DNA of 11,469 bases, from NCBI GenBank assembly GCA_046757525.1, contig JBHHYI010000133.1, positions 1-11,469 of the forward strand, in the 5' to 3' direction. Every line of letters starts with the position of its first letter. The stretch's first letter is position 1. The DNA comes from a bacterium (GTDB lineage Bacteria; Zhuqueibacterota; Zhuqueibacteria; Oceanimicrobiales; Oceanimicrobiaceae). The position numbers and the translations under genes were made by a program. Below are positions 1 through 7,521 of the stretch, one piece after another. The notes under the pieces were generated by a model, which was given only the letters and a program-made list of their open reading frames with translations, did not search any database and was not told where the DNA came from.

Positions 1-1170
1 AGCTTGAAGATGAGAACCGGCAAGGCGAGGAAGTGGAGGTCAAGGGCGCCATCGAGAGCCTTGGTGCAGACAGTCTGGTGGTATCTGGCACCACGTTTTT
101 TGTTGATGCAAACACAGAGGTCAAGGCCAAGGACAAAGGGGCCATTTCGTTTTCCGACTTGAAGGTAGGGGACGTGGTTGAAGTTCGTGCACTGCGTCAG
201 GCCGACGGTTCTCTTTTAGCCACCCGGATTGAGCTTGAAGATGAGAACCGGCAAGGCGAGGAAGTGGAGGTCAAGGGCGCCATCGAGAGTCTGGGTGCGG
301 ACAGTCTGGTGGTATCCGGCACTACGTTTTTTGTGGACGGGAACACGGAGGTCTTGGACAACAACCGGAATCCCATTTCCTTTTCGGACTTGCAGGTAGG
401 GGACGTGGTTGAGGTTCGGGCGTTGCGTCAGGCTGACGGCCGGCTTTTGGCCACCCGGATTCAAGTTGAGGACGAGAACCGGCAGGGCGAAGAGGTCGAG
501 GTCAAGGGTGCCATCGAGAGTCTGGGTGCGGACAGTCTGGTGGTTTCCGGTACCACGTTTTTTGTGGACGGAAACACGGAGGTCAAGGCCAAGGGCAAAG
601 GGACCATTTCGTTTTCCGACTTAAAGGTAGGGGACGTGGTTGAGGTTCGGGGCCTGCGTCAGGCCGACGGTTCTCTTTTAGCGACCCGGATTGAGCTTGA
701 GGATGAGAATCGGCAAGGCGAGGAGGTCGAGGTCAAGGGTGCCATCGAGAGCCTGGGTGCGGACAGTCTGGTGGTTTCCGGCACCACGTTTTTCGTGGAC
801 GGGAACACACGCATCCGCGATGAAGATGAGCGGTCGATTTCTTTGTCTGACCTTAAGGTTGGGGACTTCGTAGAGGTTAAAGCCATCAGACAGGCTGACG
901 GCAGGCTTTTGGCCACTCGGATTGAAGTTGAGGATGAGAACCGTGAAGAGGAAGGCGAGGAGGTCGAGGTCAAGGGTACTATTGAGAGCCTGGGTGCGGA
1001 CAGTCTGGTGGTATCTGGCACTACGTTTTTTGTGGACGGGAACACCCGCATTCGCGACGAAGATGAGCGGTCGATTTCTTTGTCTGACCTTAAGGTTGGG
1101 GACTTCGTAGAGGTTAAGGCAATACTGCGGGTAGACGGGACCTGGTTGGCAACGCGCATTGACATTGAAG
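1..1170 (+). repeat. Intragenic tandem repeat, 231-bp period (last unit 237 bp)
   Basis: Equivalent codons (E/Q/D-L/V/I-E-D-E) recur at 231, 462, 693, 924 and 1161. AGCTTGAAGATGAGAACCGGCAAGGCGAGGAAGTGGAGGTCAAGGGCGCCATCGAGAG is identical at 1 and 232. The last interval has a 6-bp insertion (ENREEEGEE vs ENRQGEE). Confidence 0.95.
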
Positions 1171-1202
1171 ACGAACACAAAAGGGGCGGCGACGATGATT
1201 AG
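3..1202 (+). CDS. DUF5666-like tandem repeat protein, 5'-truncated (at least 5 complete ~77-aa repeats)
   Basis: The frame is open from the window edge (ctt gaa gat gag aac cgg = LEDENR), so GTG at 33 is an internal Val of a repeat, not the start. Unit EVEVKGAIESLGADSLVVSGTTFFVDGNT...SDLKVGDVVEVRA...DGSLLATRIELED fits the DUF5666 pattern (G-x-I, V-x-G, V-D-x-x-T, L-x-V-G-x-x-V-E-V, A-x-x-I). Ends KRGGDDD, TAG at 1200-1202. Confidence 0.88.
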   Translation, partial: LEDENRQGEEVEVKGAIESLGADSLVVSGTTFFVDANTEVKAKDKGAISFSDLKVGDVVEVRALRQADGSLLATRIELEDENRQGEEVEVKGAIESLGADSLVVSGTTFFVDGNTEVLDNNRNPISFSDLQVGDVVEVRALRQADGRLLATRIQVEDENRQGEEVEVKGAIESLGADSLVVSGTTFFVDGNTEVKAKGKGTISFSDLKVGDVVEVRGLRQADGSLLATRIELEDENRQGEEVEVKGAIESLGADSLVVSGTTFFVDGNTRIRDEDERSISLSDLKVGDFVEVKAIRQADGRLLATRIEVEDENREEEGEEVEVKGTIESLGADSLVVSGTTFFVDGNTRIRDEDERSISLSDLKVGDFVEVKAILRVDGTWLATRIDIEDEHKRGGDDD

Positions 1203-1220
1203 TCTGAGTTTTGTTCTCAG

Positions 1221-1250
1221 GAGTGTTCGGTTTAGAGCCGAAACGCTTTT
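1221..1250 (+). terminator. Possible intrinsic terminator or stem-loop after the repeat gene
   Basis: AGTGTTCGGTT(1222-1232) pairs with AGCCGAAACGCT(1236-1247) using G-U pairs and one bulge, followed by a short T run (1247-1250). The U tract is weak. Confidence 0.35.
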
Positions 1251-1374
1251 GCATCCCCCGTGAATCCCACTCGGGGGGGAGAATTAAAGAGGGGCGTTTT
1301 GAGGCCGAATAGGCTAACAGAGCCATTTCAAGTCCTGGAATTATTTGTCACTATTGAATTAAAGGAGATGCAAC

Positions 1375-4143
1375 ATGGAACGTTTTAGAGTATTGTTTTT
1401 CAGTTTCATTGTATTGGTTGCTTTTACATTTTCCCAAAATATTGTCGAGTTAGGAGCACAAACCAGTTTCATGCTGTCGAAAAACGCGGACTTCTCCACC
1501 GACGATCGGGTGTTCGACGTCAACGACACATTGCACGTGAAAATCACCGCGCCCTCCATCGATTTTCTCGACATCGACAAAAACGAGTTTGAACTGCAAG
1601 CCGACCGTGGTGGAGACAAATTCGAAGGCTCTTTCAACAATTCCCTCAATACAATTTACACCGCAGAGCTTCCCTTGCAGACCCTGAACTCATCTGAAAC
1701 GGGTTGGCGCTTGAAGGCAAGAATTCGAGACCGAAGCGGACATGAATTCAGGACCGAAGTAGAGATCTCCATCTCAAACGGCGTGAAGCGAGAAGAGGTC
1801 GACATCAAGGGCAGCATCGAACTGTTAGGCAGCGATTTCCTGGTGGTAAAAGGCACCAAAATTCTTGTGGATGCGGCTACGCTCATCACCGATCAAAACG
1901 GCACCATTTTAGCTCTTAGCGATCTGTCACCGGGTGAGAACGTGGAGGTCAAAGCTGTTCAACAGGACAATGGCGACCTGTTGGCACTCTCCATTGAAGT
2001 AAAAGGCCGGCAAAAGGGCGAGGTTGTCGTCAAGGGCAGAATCGACAGTCTGGGGGCCGATTATCTGGCGGTGTTAGGTCGCAAGTTTTTTGTAGACGCC
2101 AACACAGCCATTTTCGATAAGGACGACAATGAACTGGCCTTTGCTGATTTAACGGTAGGCCTTTCCGTAAAGGTTCATGCCACACCCCGGCCAGACAACA
2201 CCCTCTTAGCAACCAAGATTGAGGTTAAAGACAAGAACGACAGCGAGGTAGAATTAACTGGCTTCGTGGAAGCCGTGGGCGACACCGATCTGGTGGTTTC
2301 GGGGGTGCGCTTTGTAGTGAACAGTGACACCGAGATTCTGGACAACCAGGAGAATCCCATTGGTCTCGGCGACTTGAAGGTTGGCGCCCTGGTGCAGATC
2401 AAAGCGGAGCAGCAGGCCGACGGCACCTTGTTGGCAACCCAAATAAAGCTCGAAGACGAAGTGCCTGGCAGAAATGAAGTCGAGATCACAGGCGACGTGC
2501 GGGAAGTCGGCGATGATTTCATCGTCGTTTCCGATTTCACCTTTGTTGTAGATGAAAATACCGTGATTCTCGATGATGACAAGCGCCCCATTGAGCTGAA
2601 GGATTTGCAGGTTGGATTTGTGGTTGAAGTCAAGGCCACGGTGCAATCCGACGGAAGCCTGCTCGCCAATCTCATCAAGATTGAGGATCGCTTCCAAAAC
2701 GAGATCGAGATTACGGGTAGAATTGAGGCCTTAGGCGATACGACGTTGCAGGTGAACGGCCTGACTTTTGTGGTCGACGACAGTACGGAAATTCTCGACA
2801 ACGATAAAAACCCCATCGCCTTTTCCGACTTGCAGGTCGGCTTCACTGTTGAAATCAAAGCGGAAATCCTGGCTGACGGTACCCGCCTGGCCACGAGAAT
2901 CAAAATCGAGGACCGCGACGAAAACGAAATTGAGCTCACCGGCACCATTGAAGACCTCGGGGCCGACAGTGTGACGGTTTCGGGGGTGACTTTCCTCGTG
3001 GATGCGAACACGGAGATTCTGGATAACAAGAAAAACCCCATTCTCTTCACCGACCTGGCCGTTGGCCAAATCGTGGAAATCAAAGGGGTTCTCCAATCGG
3101 ATGGCTCCATTCTGGCCACGAAAATCAAAGTAGAAGACCGCCTTGAAGACGAAGTGGAACTCCGAGGTGCCATTGAAGCCTTGACCGACACCACCATTAC
3201 TGTTTTAGGCACCACATTCAACGTCACTGAAAACACGGTTGTATTGGACGACAACAAGAATCCAATATCTTTTGGCGACCTTTCGGTGGGACAGATTGTT
3301 GAAGTGCGCGGCGAGATTCTGGCTGGCGGCACTCTGGTGGCGTTGAGAATCAAAGTCGAAAACAACAATCAGAATGAACTGCAAGTGAAGGGCCCAATCG
3401 ACACTTTAAGGGCCAGCAGTCTCTTTGTGTTAGGGATTGAATTTCAGGTAGATAGCAACACCCAAATCCTGGGTAAGAAAAACGAACCCATTAGCTTTGC
3501 GGATTTAATGCTGGGTCAGATAGTGGAAATACGCGCTTTGAAGCGAACCGATGGAAGCGCCCTGGCCACGAGAATCAAAGTCGAGGACGCCTCGGTTATT
3601 TCAGGCACGGTCAGCAATATCGCCTCGAACAGCTTTGCCATTCTCGACGCCAATTTGTTGACAGATGCTAATACTCTGGTTCTGGGTACGCAAAACCTGC
3701 CGTTGTCATTTGAGAGCTTAGTTGTGGGACAGGCGGTAACAGCCAGCGCCACTAAATTGGCAGACGGCACGCTGCTGGTGTCCAAGATTAAAGTCTTGAA
3801 CAGCGGCACCGTTACTGGAATCGCGGATTCTGGAGGCGATTCGCCGCAACCAAGAGAGTTTGTACTGCAGCAGAATTATCCGAACCCGTTCAATCCAAGC
3901 ACGACCATTACATTCAAATTGCCCGTTAGCACCGCGGGAAAAACCCAGGTCAGTTTAGTCGTTTACAATTTGCTTGGTCAGGCTGTGAGGTCGCTGGTCA
4001 ATCAGCCGCTGCAGCCAGGGAGCCATACGATTCAGTGGGATAGCAAAGATGACCTGGGCAATCCGGTGCCAAGCGGGATCTATTTTTATCAAATAAAAGC
4101 GGGTCGTTTTACGGAAACTCGCAGAATGACGTTGCTCAAATAA
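1375..4143 (+). CDS. Secreted DUF5666-like repeat protein (9 repeats) with C-terminal T9SS type A sorting / FlgD-Ig-like domain
   Basis: RBS AGGAG at 1363-1367, 7 nt before ATG. Sec signal peptide MERFRVLFFSFIVLVAFTFS-Q. A ~115-aa beta-rich N-terminal domain is followed by nine ~75-aa repeats (about 1792-3801). Tail FVLQQNYPNPFNPSTTITF...VYNLLGQAVRSLV...GSHTIQWDSKDDLGNPVPSGIYFYQI...RRMTLLK is the typical FCB-group secretion CTD. Confidence 0.92.
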   Translation: MERFRVLFFSFIVLVAFTFSQNIVELGAQTSFMLSKNADFSTDDRVFDVNDTLHVKITAPSIDFLDIDKNEFELQADRGGDKFEGSFNNSLNTIYTAELPLQTLNSSETGWRLKARIRDRSGHEFRTEVEISISNGVKREEVDIKGSIELLGSDFLVVKGTKILVDAATLITDQNGTILALSDLSPGENVEVKAVQQDNGDLLALSIEVKGRQKGEVVVKGRIDSLGADYLAVLGRKFFVDANTAIFDKDDNELAFADLTVGLSVKVHATPRPDNTLLATKIEVKDKNDSEVELTGFVEAVGDTDLVVSGVRFVVNSDTEILDNQENPIGLGDLKVGALVQIKAEQQADGTLLATQIKLEDEVPGRNEVEITGDVREVGDDFIVVSDFTFVVDENTVILDDDKRPIELKDLQVGFVVEVKATVQSDGSLLANLIKIEDRFQNEIEITGRIEALGDTTLQVNGLTFVVDDSTEILDNDKNPIAFSDLQVGFTVEIKAEILADGTRLATRIKIEDRDENEIELTGTIEDLGADSVTVSGVTFLVDANTEILDNKKNPILFTDLAVGQIVEIKGVLQSDGSILATKIKVEDRLEDEVELRGAIEALTDTTITVLGTTFNVTENTVVLDDNKNPISFGDLSVGQIVEVRGEILAGGTLVALRIKVENNNQNELQVKGPIDTLRASSLFVLGIEFQVDSNTQILGKKNEPISFADLMLGQIVEIRALKRTDGSALATRIKVEDASVISGTVSNIASNSFAILDANLLTDANTLVLGTQNLPLSFESLVVGQAVTASATKLADGTLLVSKIKVLNSGTVTGIADSGGDSPQPREFVLQQNYPNPFNPSTTITFKLPVSTAGKTQVSLVVYNLLGQAVRSLVNQPLQPGSHTIQWDSKDDLGNPVPSGIYFYQIKAGRFTETRRMTLLK

Positions 4144-4173
4144 TTGACATCGTAAGAGCAGCACGGGTAAGCT
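4144..4173 (+). promoter_or_regulatory. Candidate sigma-70 promoter upstream of the ABC permease
   Basis: Perfect TTGACA at 4144-4149, 18-nt spacer, TAAGCT at 4168-4173 (keeps the conserved T, A and final T of the -10 box). Overlaps a hairpin, so other roles are possible. Confidence 0.35.
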
Positions 4174-4192
4174 GTTCAGTGTCGAAAATCTG

Positions 4193-4261
4193 CCCCTCAT
4201 CGATCTTAAGAATCTGGCCTTTTCCCCTCGCAGTGATGGAATATTGCGGATCGATGAGGGG
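4193..4261. repeat. Perfect 13-bp inverted repeat enclosing a 43-nt spacer
   Basis: CCCCTCATCGATC (4193-4205) is the exact reverse complement of GATCGATGAGGGG (4249-4261). Confidence 0.9.
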
Positions 4262-4369
4262 TTAAGTATTAGTGAATTCAGCACTTCTCATTAAGCTTTG
4301 TTAAACTTCAACGCGACGGCCTGGAGTGGCTTTCTGCGATTGTGGAGGGTTGGTTTCTCACCTACAAAA

Positions 4370-5341
4370 ATGAATGCTACTTTGCAACGAATTTTTCAAT
4401 CGATTCTTCTTCTAATTTGCATTTGCACGGCAAACTTTTTCATTTTCCGTCTTAGCCCGGGGGATCCGAGCAATGCTTATTTCGGGCCAAAAACCAGACG
4501 GGAGAATCTGAAAATCATGCGGCAGCAAAGAGGGTTTGATCAGCCCTGGTACGAACAATTTAAAGTGTGGTCGACTCGATTTGTGCGTGGAGACCTGGGT
4601 TATTCCTGGTCCAAACACCGGCCTGTAAACGACATCTTAGGTGAGGCCATCCCGGCGACTTTGCAATTGGCTTTCCTGGCCCTGGTCGTTAACCTTTTGC
4701 TGGGGTGCGCCCTGGGATTGTTGTCCGGTCTGTATTCGCAGCAGAAGTTTGGCAAGGTCCTGGATGTGGCCAGCCTGAGTCTTTATTCCATGCCTACTTT
4801 TTGGTTGGCGCTCATTTTGATTTTGGTGTTTAGTTTGAAATTACACTGGTTGCCCGGGTCGCAAATGCAATCTTTTTTTGCCCCAAGTCTGGATTTTGCC
4901 TCAAGGTTCTGGGATCGCCTGCGGCATTTGATTTTGCCGGTCACGGTTCTGGGATTGACCGGGGCGGCCGCGACCTCCCGGTTTGTCCGTGGTCGGCTGC
5001 AAGAGGTCCTGCGTCAGGACTACATTCGGCTGGCCCTGGCCAAAGGGTTAACCCGCAAAAGCGTGTTGCTTCGACACGCGTTCAGAAATGCGCTCCTGCC
5101 CGTGGTCACGCTGTTGGGCGTTTATTTCCCGTTTCTGCTCAGCGGCGCCTTTATCGTGGAGGTTATTTTCGCCTGGCCGGGAATGGGACGCATTACCTAT
5201 GAGGCCATTTTTGCGAAAGATTACCCGGTGCTCATGGCGGTGAATTTGATTGCGGCTACCATGGTTATCGCCGGCAACCTCCTTTCCGATCTGCTTTATC
5301 GATTTATCGACCCAAGAATTCAGCTCAACGAAAGCGCTTAG
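4370..5341 (+). CDS. Peptide/nickel ABC transporter permease, OppB/DppB family
   Basis: N-terminal FFIFRLSPGDP, GFDQPWYEQF...GDLGYS, several hydrophobic helices, EAA-loop region QDYIRLALAKGL...HAFRNALLP, VEVIFAWPGMG, KDYPVL and final LYRFIDPRI. ATG 4370 is preferred over TTG 4298 because family similarity begins just after it; no clear RBS, so the start is uncertain. Confidence 0.93.
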   Translation: MNATLQRIFQSILLLICICTANFFIFRLSPGDPSNAYFGPKTRRENLKIMRQQRGFDQPWYEQFKVWSTRFVRGDLGYSWSKHRPVNDILGEAIPATLQLAFLALVVNLLLGCALGLLSGLYSQQKFGKVLDVASLSLYSMPTFWLALILILVFSLKLHWLPGSQMQSFFAPSLDFASRFWDRLRHLILPVTVLGLTGAAATSRFVRGRLQEVLRQDYIRLALAKGLTRKSVLLRHAFRNALLPVVTLLGVYFPFLLSGAFIVEVIFAWPGMGRITYEAIFAKDYPVLMAVNLIAATMVIAGNLLSDLLYRFIDPRIQLNESA

Positions 5342-5382
5342 GCACGAAAGACGCAATTATTTGGCTCAATAGACAAGGTAAT

Positions 5383-5395
5383 TACCAGGGACTTA
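5383..5395 (+). promoter_or_regulatory. IHF-like binding site
   Basis: TACCAG-ggac-TTA vs consensus WATCAA-N4-TTR (2 mismatches), just upstream of the sigma-54 -24 box, where IHF sites usually lie. Confidence 0.35.
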
Positions 5396-5407
5396 CACGG
5401 AAATGCA

Positions 5408-5422
5408 TGGAATGATCTTTGC
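5408..5422 (+). promoter_or_regulatory. Candidate sigma-54 (RpoN) -24/-12 promoter
   Basis: TGGAATG-ATCT-TTGC vs consensus TGGCACG-N4-TTGC. The invariant GG (5409-5410) and GC (5421-5422) are exactly 10 nt apart. A sigma-54 activator gene lies downstream on the same strand. Confidence 0.55.
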
Positions 5423-5682
5423 GAGTGAAGAATTCTGTACTAACATTTGTCACTTCAATAAATTGATAAAAATAACATATAAACAATAGCTTAGACGTCA
5501 TTCTTGCAGAATTTTGTTAGCTCTTAGAAATGAGCATTGAATTAGAAGCTTTGCTGAGAATCAACAAGATTCCTTCTGAATGACAGCTACGATAGACTTT
5601 TTTTGACCGTAACTGAAGTGAAAGATATTAGTTCTTTAGTTAATGTTTTGTTTTAGATTTCGCCAGGTTGGGAGCATTACAA

Positions 5683-6495
5683 ATGCTGGTCACGCTAAAA
5701 TACAATCGCAAACTGTGGGTCGGTTTGTTTTCCTTGAGCGTCATCGCTTTTGCCTGCTTAGGGGCATCCGGAATGACGCGCTACCAGCCCAATCTGCAGG
5801 TGTCTCCGGCGACCAACCGGTTCTTGCCGCCGTCCGCGGAGCACTGGTTTGGCACCGACCAATTTGGCCGGGACACCTTCTCGCGCGTGTTGCACGGCGG
5901 CCGCATTTCGCTGTTGATTGCCCTGTCCGTGGTGTGCGTTTCGGTTCTTTTCGGAACTTTGTACGGCGCGATTTCGGGATACGTGGGCAAACTCTGGGAT
6001 CAAATTCTCATGCGTGTGGTAGACATGGCTCTGTCGTTTCCGGTCGTTTTTCTGGCTGTAACTCTTATGGCACTCTTCGGAACTGGCCTGGTTTGGTTGA
6101 TATGGATTCTGGTCATAACCAGTTGGATGGACATTGCCAGACTGGTTCGCGCCGAGGTGCATGCTCTCAAACAGCGGCCGTTTATCTTAAGGGCCCGGGC
6201 TACAGGCTTGAGTGCAGTCAGAATTGTGTTGCACCACTTAATTCCTAATGCCTTTGCTACTGTGCTGGCGGTGGCCGTGATCCGGGTCGCGGACGTCATT
6301 TTGATTGAATCTGCCCTGAGTTTCCTGGGGTTGGGGGTTCACCCACCCGTTGCCAGTTGGGGCTCGATCATCAACGATGGCCGGCCGGTTTTGGCCTCTG
6401 CGTGGTGGCTAACCGCCTTTCCTGGCCTGGCCATCGCGACCACCACCGTGAGTTTGCATTTGGTCGGGGAAGGGTTGCAATCGTACCAACGGTGA
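5683..6495 (+). CDS. Peptide/nickel ABC transporter permease, OppC/DppC family
   Basis: Motifs PPSAEHWFGTDQFGRDTFSRVLHGGRISL, ARLVRAEV...FILRARATG...HLIPN, ESALSFLGLG...SWGSII, WWLTAFPG. ATG 5683 has GGAG at 5671-5674 (8-nt spacing) and is preferred over TTG 5668. Confidence 0.94.
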   Translation: MLVTLKYNRKLWVGLFSLSVIAFACLGASGMTRYQPNLQVSPATNRFLPPSAEHWFGTDQFGRDTFSRVLHGGRISLLIALSVVCVSVLFGTLYGAISGYVGKLWDQILMRVVDMALSFPVVFLAVTLMALFGTGLVWLIWILVITSWMDIARLVRAEVHALKQRPFILRARATGLSAVRIVLHHLIPNAFATVLAVAVIRVADVILIESALSFLGLGVHPPVASWGSIINDGRPVLASAWWLTAFPGLAIATTTVSLHLVGEGLQSYQR

Positions 6496-6498
6496 AGC

Positions 6499-7521
6499 AT
6501 GAAACCACTGCTCAAGATCAAATCGTTAAAGACTTATTTTTATAAGCGCCAGGGGGTGCTGAAGGCGGTGGATGGGGTGGACCTGGAATTGCATGCCGGA
6601 GAGACTTTGGCGCTTGTCGGGGAATCGGGCAGTGGCAAGACGGTAACCGGCTTGTCCATTTTCAGGCTGGTGCCGCCGCCGGGGCGCATCGTGGCCGGAG
6701 CCATTGAATTTCGCGGTACAAACCTTTTGCATCTTTCAGAAAAACAGATGGCTTCGGTTCGAGGCCGGGAGATGGGTCTCATCCTCCAGGACCCATTGTC
6801 TGCGTTAAATCCCGTGATGCGCGTGGGTGAGCAGATTTCGGAAATCTTCCGACACCATTTTAGCTTGAAACGTCAGCCAGCCAAACAGCGAACGCTCGAG
6901 TTAATGGAAAGGGTGCAGTTGCCAAATGCGGAGCAGCTCTACCGCGCCTATCCACACCAGCTCAGCGGCGGGCAAAGACAGCGGGTGCTCATTGCTATTG
7001 CCCTGGCCTGCCGACCAGCCCTGGTCGTGGCGGACGAACCCACGACGGCCTTGGATGTGACGATTCAAAGCGAGATATTAGCTTTGCTGAATGAGCTTAA
7101 GCGCGAGTTGCAAATTGCGCTTCTCTTAATCACTCACGATCTGGGAATCGTAACGCAAATGGCTGACCGGGTAGCGGTGATGTACGCCGGCCAAATCGTC
7201 GAGCAAGCGCCCACCAGGGCATTGTTCAGCGATCCCGGGCACCCGTACACCGAAACCTTGCTCCGCGCCATTCCCAGCTTCGAGCTCTCGGGCAATGGGG
7301 ATGTTTCCAGAAGCGAAGGCAGGACGCAAGTCAAGGGCACTGTGCCGGATTTGATGAACTTGCCCTCGGGTTGCGCTTTTCACCCCAGGTGTTCGTTGGC
7401 AGAAGCCGAGTGCCACAACACCGCTCCTGAAAATGTCACACTGAGCAAAAATAGAAGCGTCCGGTGTCTAAAAAAGGGAAAGGGCCATGAAAAAGTCTCA
7501 CAAATACTACCCGTCGTTTAA
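6499..7521 (+). CDS. Peptide ABC transporter ATP-binding protein, OppD/DppD family
   Basis: Walker [10 protein letters not shown]-loop [10 protein letters not shown], signature [12 protein letters not shown], Walker [13 protein letters not shown]-loop ITHDL, C-terminal HPYT domain with GCAFHPRC...C...VRC. Confidence 0.96.
   Translation: MKPLLKIKSLKTYFYKRQGVLKAVDGVDLELHAGETLALVGESGSGKTVTGLSIFRLVPPPGRIVAGAIEFRGTNLLHLSEKQMASVRGREMGLILQDPLSALNPVMRVGEQISEIFRHHFSLKRQPAKQRTLELMERVQLPNAEQLYRAYPHQLSGGQRQRVLIAIALACRPALVVADEPTTALDVTIQSEILALLNELKRELQIALLLITHDLGIVTQMADRVAVMYAGQIVEQAPTRALFSDPGHPYTETLLRAIPSFELSGNGDVSRSEGRTQVKGTVPDLMNLPSGCAFHPRCSLAEAECHNTAPENVTLSKNRSVRCLKKGKGHEKVSQILPVV

Noticed and set aside
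33..35. GTG at 33 as the start of the first gene
   Set aside because: It is the Val of the repeated EEVEVKG motif, and the frame is open upstream to the window edge.
1..1170. Tandem repeats as a CRISPR array or DGR template/variable repeats
   Set aside because: Units are 231 bp, in frame and protein-coding, with no unique spacers. Differences are not confined to adenines. No cas or reverse transcriptase gene is in the window.
2175..3368. 397-aa minus-strand ORF (also 659-1180 and 678-1178)
   Set aside because: Ser/Thr-rich antisense shadows of the repeat genes with no recognisable motifs; explained by codon bias on the coding strand.
4298..4369. TTG-initiated N-terminal extension of permease B
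   Set aside because: No RBS, and the extra 24 residues do not resemble OppB-family N-termini. ATG 4370 fits better, although the start is unproven.
5341..5380. GAAAGACGCAA as part of a c-di-GMP-I riboswitch
   Set aside because: Only a short word matches. The P1/P2 stems and the upstream GGCAAA element are absent.
5643..6248. 201-aa alternative-frame ORF overlapping permease C
   Set aside because: Lies out of frame over a well-supported gene and has no recognisable motifs.
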